The translations under genes and the position numbers were made by a program. From an uncultured Pelagibacteraceae bacterium (lineage in GTDB: Bacteria; Pseudomonadota; Alphaproteobacteria; Pelagibacterales; Pelagibacteraceae): DNA of 64,000 nt. The notes beneath the pieces are model-generated. The model saw only the letters and a program-made list of their open reading frames with translations. It did no database searches and had not been told where the DNA came from. The stretch covers positions 529-64,528 of the forward strand of contig CACFJT010000005.1 in the NCBI GenBank assembly GCA_902566705.1. Reading direction: 5' to 3'. Below are positions 10,915 through 18,325 of the stretch, piece by piece (position 1 is the first letter of the stretch; every line of letters begins with the position of its first letter).

Positions 10915-12419
10915 ATTATAGGATAAAAGATTTGCAGAGTTAAAATTAAATAAAGTAATCCACCCCAAATTTTGATTAATTGATTTATTTTCATAATTTT
11001 CTTTTGATTTGTTGCAATAAACTTGCTGAAACCAATACTTAAAAATACAGGTATTAGACAAAATATATAGGACAATAAAATAAACCAATCGAGATCAGTT
11101 AAATATTCTAATTTAGGAATATCATCTTGGAATACAAAGTTATAAGCAATTAACGCTAACAATGCTATTATTGATGTGTTAAGTCTAGCCTCATATTTTT
11201 CAGTCGGTATCCATAAAACGTACCAAGCGACACAAAGAATTAAAAATACTGGTAACATTATCTTTAATAAGTAGTGTTGGAAATTTCTTTCGATATTTAT
11301 TTCTATATCAAGAACATTTTCTGTCCTAGGAATTATTATTTGATTATAGATATCATATATGTTTTCAGAAAGGATTTTGCTTTTAACACTGATACCATCA
11401 TCACTTATTTTCCATGCTTTAAGTTTATTTATTTTAGGATTTAAAAATTTTTGTAAATTTAAAAAAACCCCAGGCTCTGGAGTAATGAATGTTAGTGAAC
11501 CACTTTCGCTATTGTCCTCCATATTGATATTTGGATAATTGCCTACACCTGTTTCAATTCTGATCAAAAGTTTTTGAGTATCAAAAGGGAATTTTCTAAA
11601 ATCAAACGATTGTCTAAAAAAACCAACTCCTTTTTCAGTTCTTAAGGTTCTTAATATGCTTTCATCAATTGTAATCTGAAAAACTGGGTTAGCTAGAAAT
11701 TCTTTATTTTTAAGACCTTCTCTGACGTCAGCATCATATCTAAATTCATCAAATGTGACGCTTTGTAAAGGCCAATCATCTAAAAGTCTTGCCTCTGGAC
11801 AGATATTAATTCTATTATTGCTAAATAAATCCGTACCTTTTAAAGTTTTAGCTAAATCATTTCTAATGTTCGTTAATTGAGATGTAAATGACATTTCAAG
11901 AATACCTAAAGTTGTATCTATGTTTTGAATACTTTTAATTTCAAAATTAGACAATTTAAAATTATTGAATTTATAAGGTTTAGATAAAATTGAAATTTTT
12001 TTACCATCACCTAATTCAAAATTAGTTTCTCCTTTTAGGTAAGTAAGTTTTTCTAAATCTTTATCACTTAATTTTGATAGATCAAAGTTGTCTATTTTTT
12101 TAATTATAGTTTTATTTGCAATAAAATTTTTATGATCAAATAAAGAATATCTTACTATAGGAAAATTATTCTTATCTCTTTTAACAATAATTTTCTTGCT
12201 ATTATTATCCCAATGATAATCAAAATGTACTCCAGCATCATTTCTTTTTTGATTATACTCAAAATTTCTTTTATTGTTTTTAGCTTCTTCATTTATAATG
12301 TGATGCATAACTTCATTACCACAAAGTTTATTCTCAGCAGATGAAATTGATGGAAAAAAAGATAAATTAACCAATACAGTTAATAAAATTATCGAATTTT
12401 TAATGTTTTTAATTATCAC
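10911..12419 (-). CDS. Prokaryotic pentameric ligand-gated ion channel (GLIC/ELIC-like) with N-terminal extension
   Basis: Pro-loop FDFRKFPFDTQKL, pre-M1 IERNFQHYLLKIMLP, M2 EARLNTSIIALLALIAYNF, M2-M3 loop IPKLEYLT, four C-terminal TM helices, signal peptide. Confidence 0.88.
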   Translation of the reverse strand: MIIKNIKNSIILLTVLVNLSFFPSISSAENKLCGNEVMHHIINEEAKNNKRNFEYNQKRNDAGVHFDYHWDNNSKKIIVKRDKNNFPIVRYSLFDHKNFIANKTIIKKIDNFDLSKLSDKDLEKLTYLKGETNFELGDGKKISILSKPYKFNNFKLSNFEIKSIQNIDTTLGILEMSFTSQLTNIRNDLAKTLKGTDLFSNNRINICPEARLLDDWPLQSVTFDEFRYDADVREGLKNKEFLANPVFQITIDESILRTLRTEKGVGFFRQSFDFRKFPFDTQKLLIRIETGVGNYPNINMEDNSESGSLTFITPEPGVFLNLQKFLNPKINKLKAWKISDDGISVKSKILSENIYDIYNQIIIPRTENVLDIEINIERNFQHYLLKIMLPVFLILCVAWYVLWIPTEKYEARLNTSIIALLALIAYNFVFQDDIPKLEYLTDLDWFILLSYIFCLIPVFLSIGFSKFIATNQKKIMKINQLIKIWGGLLYLILTLQIFYPII

Positions 12420-12472
12420 AAAATAGAATTTAATTAGTTATAATGAAGATGTAAATTAAAGAATTAATTTTT

Positions 12473-12940
12473 ATGGCTACAATAAGAAAAACTGCATCAA
12501 TTGAAAATGGTATTATGCAAGTTTTAAAGATTTTAAATGAAGATGAAATTCAAGCAGCTATCGGAAAATCCGCATCTTATTTGAGAAAGTGTAGCAATCC
12601 AAATGATCCTGATAGACACATAGATCATCATGATTCAATCAAACTTGATATTGCTTGTTTAAAAAAAGGTAAAGCCCCTCCGTTATTAGTAGCCCACGAA
12701 TATATTGTTGCAAATGTTGCAGATAATTTAAGCTCTCACAAACTTAATGATATAGATGAAATGTTAGTAAAGTCGACTATTCTCCATGGTAAACTCACAG
12801 AAGTAGTGAAACAATCTGAAGATCCTAAAAGCGAGCAGGGTATAGAATTTTCAAAGTTAGAAAAAAAGAAAATAATGGAAGCAATTAAAAATTTAGAAGA
12901 TAAGATTATGAAAATAAAAATTACGGTCGATCAAAAGTAA
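12473..12940 (+). CDS. Putative phage CII (CP76 family)-like transcription regulator
   Basis: N-terminal HTH-like EDEIQAAIGKSASYLRKCSNPNDPDRH and C-terminal helical HGKLTEVV...EKKKIMEAI pattern resembling phage 186/HP1-type CII; recognised by eye only. Confidence 0.55.
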   Translation: MATIRKTASIENGIMQVLKILNEDEIQAAIGKSASYLRKCSNPNDPDRHIDHHDSIKLDIACLKKGKAPPLLVAHEYIVANVADNLSSHKLNDIDEMLVKSTILHGKLTEVVKQSEDPKSEQGIEFSKLEKKKIMEAIKNLEDKIMKIKITVDQK

Positions 12941-14227
12941 TTATACATTTTCAAATTTATCCCATTCACCATCTTCATTATAATCATAGGCAATAACATC
13001 AGTTTTTCCATCTTCATCTTCGTCAATTTCAGCTTCGTCTGCATTACCATTTTTATTTGTATCAATTAAAATAACCTCAAAATTATTATCTTCATTTTTA
13101 TCTATAGCTACAATTTCAATGACTCCATCCTCGTTTTCATCTCCATATGCAATTTCATAAATACCATTGTTGTTTTCATCTACAAGCCAAGCATCAATAA
13201 TACCATTTTTATTCATATCAACTTCTCTCGCTTCAGATAAATCAACAGATCCTTTCTCAGATTTTTTCTTCTTTTTCTTTTTTATCCAAGTGTTACCTTT
13301 TTCTTTTTTTTGAATATATTTGCTTTTCTTCTTTTCAATCTTTTTTGGTTTTTCATTGATAAAATCAATTACATCATTAATTGCTATCGCAAAATTTAAG
13401 TTTTCACCCTCTGAAGTAAATGTATTTAGACCAATTAATTCTTTATTTTTATTAAATAGGGGACCACCAGAGTTCCCAGGATTAATAGCAGCTTGTGTTT
13501 GAATTACATTTGCTGCATGACGTGAACCTTCGTATCTCCAATTATAGTTAGGTCTTACCTGACTAATCATGCCTGAAGTAAATGTCCAGAGAAGTCCCTC
13601 TGGATGCCCAATAGCAAATGAAGTTTGTCCTGGACGAATTCTATGAAATTTTCCATACACTACTGGCTTCAATTTCACCGGCAAATTCTCAACCTCAAGC
13701 ATTGCTAGATCTTTAGTTTTATTTACTTTGATAAGTTTAGCGCTATGTGATGGAACTTGTGAAATTAAGTAATTTTCATCAACCATATTATTTGGTTTTA
13801 ACCAAACACTTAATTGATCTGCTCCATTGACTACATGCCAATTAGTAATAATTTGTATTTTACCTTTGTTATTGATTACAAATCCTGACCCAACACCTTT
13901 TATTCTGTTTTTTTTTCTATTACCTATAAAAACTACACTTGATGAAAAATCATCATATATATCTTCAGCCCCTTTAAATTTTGGTTGACTTTTATTTTTA
14001 TTATTTTTAATAATTTCTTCTTCCTTTTCTTTTAAGGCTTCATTTAAATCAGTTACATTTTCTAAAAGAATTTTAGCATTTTCCTCGTCAACTAAATTTG
14101 TATCATTTACAGCATACGAAGCTTTAGACATTACTTTAGCATTATTAACTTCTCTAATATCAAAAGCATTTGAGTGGGTTGAAATAAATAAAAATAAAAT
14201 AAAAGTAAAAAATAATTTTAAATACAT
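12941..14227 (-). CDS. Exported trypsin-like (S1C/HtrA-type) serine protease with C-terminal Dx[DN]xDG repeats
   Basis: Signal peptide from ATG 14227; GSGF, TNWHVV, DLAML, AIGHP, INPGNSGGPL; no PDZ; acidic repeat tail. Confidence 0.9.
   Translation of the reverse strand: MYLKLFFTFILFLFISTHSNAFDIREVNNAKVMSKASYAVNDTNLVDEENAKILLENVTDLNEALKEKEEEIIKNNKNKSQPKFKGAEDIYDDFSSSVVFIGNRKKNRIKGVGSGFVINNKGKIQIITNWHVVNGADQLSVWLKPNNMVDENYLISQVPSHSAKLIKVNKTKDLAMLEVENLPVKLKPVVYGKFHRIRPGQTSFAIGHPEGLLWTFTSGMISQVRPNYNWRYEGSRHAANVIQTQAAINPGNSGGPLFNKNKELIGLNTFTSEGENLNFAIAINDVIDFINEKPKKIEKKKSKYIQKKEKGNTWIKKKKKKKSEKGSVDLSEAREVDMNKNGIIDAWLVDENNNGIYEIAYGDENEDGVIEIVAIDKNEDNNFEVILIDTNKNGNADEAEIDEDEDGKTDVIAYDYNEDGEWDKFENV
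12944..13219 (-). repeat. Seven 13-aa-period Dx[DN]x[DN]G calcium-loop-like repeats in the protease tail
   Basis: DMNKNG, DENNNG, DENEDG, DKNEDN, DTNKNG, DEDEDG, DYNEDG at exact 13-residue spacing. Confidence 0.85.
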
Positions 14228-14228
14228 A

Positions 14229-15686
14229 TTATTTTTTAGATACAAATATAAAATCACCATTTGTATGACCCCAATTATACATTAGATGTAAATAAGGTTG
14301 TTGCCTCATTCCGGCGTGGGCTAGAGCAATATTATTACCTATATCTCTTAGTGTTATTACATTGTTATTTTTTAGAGAATTTATAAAACTCATACCAAAT
14401 ATTGAATGTTTACCTACACCAGTGTCATCGACAGGTTCATTTTGACCAGATGAGAGCACAAGTCTAGCCCTTTTATTAATTAACTTTTGATAAAGCATAG
14501 TTTTTTGTTTTTCGTTAATCATATTAGAACCTTTTGAAACAGAAAAATAACACGAGTCAACCATTACTGCCAAGTGATGAGCTCGAATATCAACTAAATA
14601 ATTTTCTATATCACTTAAATTAATCCAATTTCTGATTGATTTCTTTTGTCCATCAACAGGTATCCAATAAGATTTATTATTTTTAATATCTCCATGTCCT
14701 GCATAATAGATTAAAACATAATCTTTATCACTTGTAAGTTCTGATAATTTTTCAAAAGCAGAATACATTTTATCTCTATCTGCATTTTTGATTGTTATAA
14801 CTTCTGCGAAATTAAATTTTGATTTTAATATTTTCCCTATTTCATTTACATCATTTACTGGAGATGTTAGTGAAGCCCACTCTGCTTTATTGTATTCTGA
14901 ATTTCCAATTAAAAGTGCATAATATTTACCTGGTATATCTAAATCATCTGCTTTGTTTGTACCCGGATCGCTTACAATGACAGTATTAGTTTCATATTCT
15001 TTATATTCAGAAAGTTTTGCAATTGTCTTTTCTTTACTTTTAAAAAATTCTATTTCAACGTATTTACCTCCCTTATATTCTCCACTTCCTATCCCAAAAT
15101 TTCCATCATTTTCGAAATTAATATTTGCTCCGAGTACTTTCTTTTTATCACATGTAATAATTGCTTTACCCTTTAGTTCGTCAAATAAAATACCTTTTAA
15201 AGTATCTATTTCACATGTTGTTTTTTTATCATCAAAAAAAACAATACCATCACTGTGAGAGTAAAAGGTTTTCTTTTTAAAGTTAAATTTAGAAGACTTA
15301 TCTGATTTTTTATCTGAATCTATATATCCATAAATATACTCTGTATCTTCTGCGTTATCTGGCGCAATGATCGCAGCAAAGTATAATTCTGCTTTTGGAA
15401 GATCTTCAATATTTTTATGTTTTTTTAATTTGTTTTTTATATCTTTTACTTTTTCTTTACTTTTTTTAGTAATCCAAGATTTAGATTCTTTAATTTTTTC
15501 TTTTAATTTTTTCTTGTTCTCTTTAACTTCTTTTTTTTTAATCCAAGATGTAGTTTTTTCTTTTTCTACTTTTTTGACAGTTTCAGTTTTATCTTTCTTT
15601 TTAATCCAAGAAGTTTCAGATTGAGCAAAAGTTATTAAACCTAGTAAAATGGTTAAGGCAATAATTGTATTTTTTAAATATTGCAT
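14229..15686 (-). CDS. Exported caspase-family (peptidase C14) protein
   Basis: YALLIGNSEY, LTSPVND, His in YYAGHG, Cys in VDSC, HSIF; signal peptide; Lys-rich N-terminal repeats. Confidence 0.88.
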   Translation of the reverse strand: MQYLKNTIIALTILLGLITFAQSETSWIKKKDKTETVKKVEKEKTTSWIKKKEVKENKKKLKEKIKESKSWITKKSKEKVKDIKNKLKKHKNIEDLPKAELYFAAIIAPDNAEDTEYIYGYIDSDKKSDKSSKFNFKKKTFYSHSDGIVFFDDKKTTCEIDTLKGILFDELKGKAIITCDKKKVLGANINFENDGNFGIGSGEYKGGKYVEIEFFKSKEKTIAKLSEYKEYETNTVIVSDPGTNKADDLDIPGKYYALLIGNSEYNKAEWASLTSPVNDVNEIGKILKSKFNFAEVITIKNADRDKMYSAFEKLSELTSDKDYVLIYYAGHGDIKNNKSYWIPVDGQKKSIRNWINLSDIENYLVDIRAHHLAVMVDSCYFSVSKGSNMINEKQKTMLYQKLINKRARLVLSSGQNEPVDDTGVGKHSIFGMSFINSLKNNNVITLRDIGNNIALAHAGMRQQPYLHLMYNWGHTNGDFIFVSKK

Positions 15687-15733
15687 AACAAATATTACAA
15701 AAAAATTACCATGATTTAAATAGTTCTTACTAA

Positions 15734-15937
15734 TTATCTTGGCAATCTTCCTCCAGAATTAAGACAATCTTCAATTGTATTAAAACTCTCATATTTCTTT
15801 GTTTGTTTGTAATATTGGGATCCTTTTTCATGACAAATACCAGTTGATGATTTTTTTACGTTTGGATTGTTATTTTGAATATTGTCACAAGCACCCAGAA
15901 ACATAATTAATAAAACAATTTTAATAATTTTAATCAC
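15734..15937 (-). CDS. Small lipoprotein with a Cys/His mini-domain
   Basis: Lipobox LGAC; VKKSSTGICH...YY...EDCLNSGGRLP. Confidence 0.7.
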   Translation of the reverse strand: MIKIIKIVLLIMFLGACDNIQNNNPNVKKSSTGICHEKGSQYYKQTKKYESFNTIEDCLNSGGRLPR

Positions 15938-16241
15938 AAGCTAAATTTTCTCTTAAACCCATCAATACACCACCCCAAAAGCCTGTAACACCACTATTAG
16001 CGTTATCTCTTCTAACATTTTGACATTCAAGTATTTTTCTAGCTATCAGTATTTCATTTCTTTTTTGATCCAATTTCATAAGGCAGTTACTGAATTCTAT
16101 AGTATTCTTCTGAAAACCATAATATTTACAAGTTACGATATTTTCATTTCTTTGTTTTTCACTAATATTTATTTTATTTTCAGTATTTTGGTTTGTACAT
16201 CCATTTAAAATAATAAAAAATAAAACAAAAATTTTTTTCAT
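15930..16241 (-). CDS. Hypothetical lipoprotein
   Basis: Lipobox LNGC; CxxYGF...FSNCLMKL; overlaps the next gene by 8 nt. Confidence 0.7.
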   Translation of the reverse strand: MKKIFVLFFIILNGCTNQNTENKINISEKQRNENIVTCKYYGFQKNTIEFSNCLMKLDQKRNEILIARKILECQNVRRDNANSGVTGFWGGVLMGLRENLACD

Positions 16242-16304
16242 TTTAATTATTTATTAAAGATAAAAATATAAGAGTTAATTCAATTATTATCAGTGTTTCA
16301 ATCA

Positions 16305-16694
16305 TTAGAATAACTTGCCCTCATCATTTAGTTTAGGTAAATCACTAAATGAAATTTTATTCATGATACAAATTACTTTATCTTTTGGAGTTTTAAACTC
16401 ACCAGTATTTCGATCAATCGTCCAACCACCATACAAACTATCATAGTCAAATTTAATATAATCATTCGTATAACTTAATATTTGATAAGAATATTTAAAT
16501 TTCTTTGTTCTGATATTGTAGCTACTCCTCATTTCCAATCCTGTAAGTTTGTAATATCTTTCATTACATTTTAAATATGTTGGTTGATCTGCTGCATAAG
16601 CAAATGAATTAATTCCACTTAATAAAACTAAACTAGCGAAAAATTTACTATAAGAAAAAAATAATCTTGAAATTGAAGAAAAAAATATTTTCAT
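16305..16694 (-). CDS. Hypothetical exported protein
   Basis: Signal peptide ending AYA-A; two Cys; IDRNTG motif. Confidence 0.65.
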   Translation of the reverse strand: MKIFFSSISRLFFSYSKFFASLVLLSGINSFAYAADQPTYLKCNERYYKLTGLEMRSSYNIRTKKFKYSYQILSYTNDYIKFDYDSLYGGWTIDRNTGEFKTPKDKVICIMNKISFSDLPKLNDEGKLF

Positions 16695-16705
16695 AATTTA
16701 ATCAT

Positions 16706-16732
16706 TATCTCCCCTAATAAACAGGGGAGATA
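16706..16732 (-). terminator. 10-bp-stem hairpin (terminator or RBS-occluding stem)
   Basis: TATCTCCCCT-aataaac-AGGGGAGATA perfect inverted repeat just after the stop of the 16742-16954 gene; no clear U-tract. Confidence 0.5.
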
Positions 16733-16741
16733 TATTAGATA

Positions 16742-16954
16742 TTAGCCATCCTCCTTCTTCATGTTTAATAATACTGATCCAATCATACCAAAGATAATTG
16801 GTGAGAATCTTGATGCCGTACCCATAAATGGAGTAAGATTTACACCCATCCAAGATAATGCAAAATCTGCAACTGCAAATATTAAAAATAAACTTCCTAA
16901 TATCTGTAATACAGAAAAGTTATTTTCTTGTGTTCTAGTTTTTATTTTACTCAT
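16742..16954 (-). CDS. Small 2-TM membrane protein (70 aa)
   Basis: Start reassigned to ATG 16954 with AGGA Shine-Dalgarno; two hydrophobic segments. Confidence 0.7.
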   Translation of the reverse strand: MSKIKTRTQENNFSVLQILGSLFLIFAVADFALSWMGVNLTPFMGTASRFSPIIFGMIGSVLLNMKKEDG

Positions 16955-17013
16955 TTTTTTTTCCTTTTGTTTTTGTTTGTCATGACTCTTATTTAGATGA
17001 TTAAATTGAAATA

Positions 17014-17082
17014 GCTTGTCCATCTTTAAAAAATATTTTGGACAAATAATCTGTCCTAAAAATAATCTTATCTTGGACAAGC
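17014..17082. promoter_or_regulatory. Tandem palindromic operator-like sites TGTCC-N18-GGACA (x2) in the divergent promoter region
   Basis: gcttgtcc(17014-21)-18nt-ggacaa(17040-45), then tgtcc(17052-56)-18nt-ggacaagc(17075-82). Confidence 0.6.
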
Positions 17083-17112
17083 AATTAGAAAAAAAAAAAT
17101 TAAATTAGAATT

Positions 17113-17379
17113 ATGAAAAAAATAATTACAATAATGTTTTTAATTTTATTAAGTGGTTGTGCAACTGGTACATACACAAGTAGAGATGGGGATAATTCAA
17201 ATTTAAATCATGATACTATGTATTGTAAGTCTTTAGCACGATCGAAACACCCAGGTTATATTTGTAAAAACCCATTGATGTGTGCTCCTGAAGAGTTCAA
17301 CATAGTTATAAATGAATTAACTCAATACGAAGCTGTATTTCAGAACTGTATGCTTAGGAAGGGCTATAATTATAATTAA
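17113..17379 (+). CDS. Hypothetical lipoprotein
   Basis: Lipobox LSGC; four further Cys; C-terminal CMLRKGY. Confidence 0.75.
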   Translation: MKKIITIMFLILLSGCATGTYTSRDGDNSNLNHDTMYCKSLARSKHPGYICKNPLMCAPEEFNIVINELTQYEAVFQNCMLRKGYNYN

Positions 17380-17382
17380 TTT

Positions 17383-17877
17383 ATGAGTATTCATTCTTTT
17401 CAAAATGTGGTTAGTTTAGAGAAATCAAGAAATTGTATGTGGGAGAAATATAGACACGAGAGCAAGCAAACAATATGTATAATTGGTGTTTTAACTTTGG
17501 CAACAAAACTTTGTAAAGCTGATGGTCATTTCAGTGAAATTGAAGAAGAAGCTATATTAAAAATCATTCCACACGATCCATCCCAAAAAAGGATTTTGGT
17601 AAGAATAATGGAAGAGGCTAATTCTGATGAAAATCCAATTGATTATGACGCCTTGAGATTAAAAAAATTAATTGGAGATGAGCACAAAGATTTTTTAGAA
17701 TTTATAATTGCAGTCTTATTTCAATTAGCTCATGAAGATCATGTTTATAGCGAAGAAGAAGACAGGGATATTAAAAAAGTTGCAGAAATATTTGGGATAG
17801 AAGAAAGTTTTATACAAAGTATTAAAAGAAAAACAATTATTTTTTTAAAAAAAATTAAAACTAAAAATGAAAATTGA
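17383..17877 (+). CDS. TerB-like domain protein (as in the DjlA N-terminus)
   Basis: Duplicated motif KLCKADGHFSEIE and QLAHEDHVYSEEE...KKVAEIFGI. Confidence 0.8.
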   Translation: MSIHSFQNVVSLEKSRNCMWEKYRHESKQTICIIGVLTLATKLCKADGHFSEIEEEAILKIIPHDPSQKRILVRIMEEANSDENPIDYDALRLKKLIGDEHKDFLEFIIAVLFQLAHEDHVYSEEEDRDIKKVAEIFGIEESFIQSIKRKTIIFLKKIKTKNEN

Positions 17878-18325
17878 TAACTTTTTAATAAAATTAGGCT
17901 GGTGTACTGAACTAATATTAACTGCTTCTCTAATACTACTAAGTTATTACTTTATTTTTAAAAATCTTGATAATGCAGATAAAATTTTGACAGTTGCAAT
18001 GTATATTATAATTTTACTTGTAAATTCTTGCAAAATACCAATCGCAACAGCTCTAATGTTTGCACAAAAATTTTTATATAAATTATTATTTTTATTCACA
18101 TTAATGTTATTAACCTTAGTTTCATTCGAAACATATTTTCAAGCTTTTGAGTTATATGTTGTTAATTATAATTTTATTGATGAATATAACCAAAATAATA
18201 ATTTAATTTTTTTCTTTTTAAGTTTTGTATTCTCTATAGTTGGAAGTATTTTTGCACTTCCAGGGTTATATTTAAGAAAAAAAGATGAAGATAAGAAAAT
18301 TTTTCAATATTATAAGGAATTTTAA
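17867..18325 (+). CDS. 4-TM membrane protein, short paralog of the downstream gene
   Basis: WCTEL, CKIPIAT, SFETYFQAFEL, FSIVGSIFALPG align with the TM parts of 18326-20074. Confidence 0.75.
   Translation: MKIDNFLIKLGWCTELILTASLILLSYYFIFKNLDNADKILTVAMYIIILLVNSCKIPIATALMFAQKFLYKLLFLFTLMLLTLVSFETYFQAFELYVVNYNFIDEYNQNNNLIFFFLSFVFSIVGSIFALPGLYLRKKDEDKKIFQYYKEF

Noticed and set aside
16955-17080. Longer 112-aa version of the 16742 ORF
   Set aside because: The extension runs through the operator-like region; a good Shine-Dalgarno precedes ATG 16954
17089-17099. A11 tract as a phase-variation switch
   Set aside because: Long A runs are frequent in this AT-rich sequence and homopolymer lengths appear unreliable in this assembly
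10381-17379. Prophage interpretation based on the CII-like gene
   Set aside because: No capsid, terminase, tail, replication genes, integrase or att repeats visible
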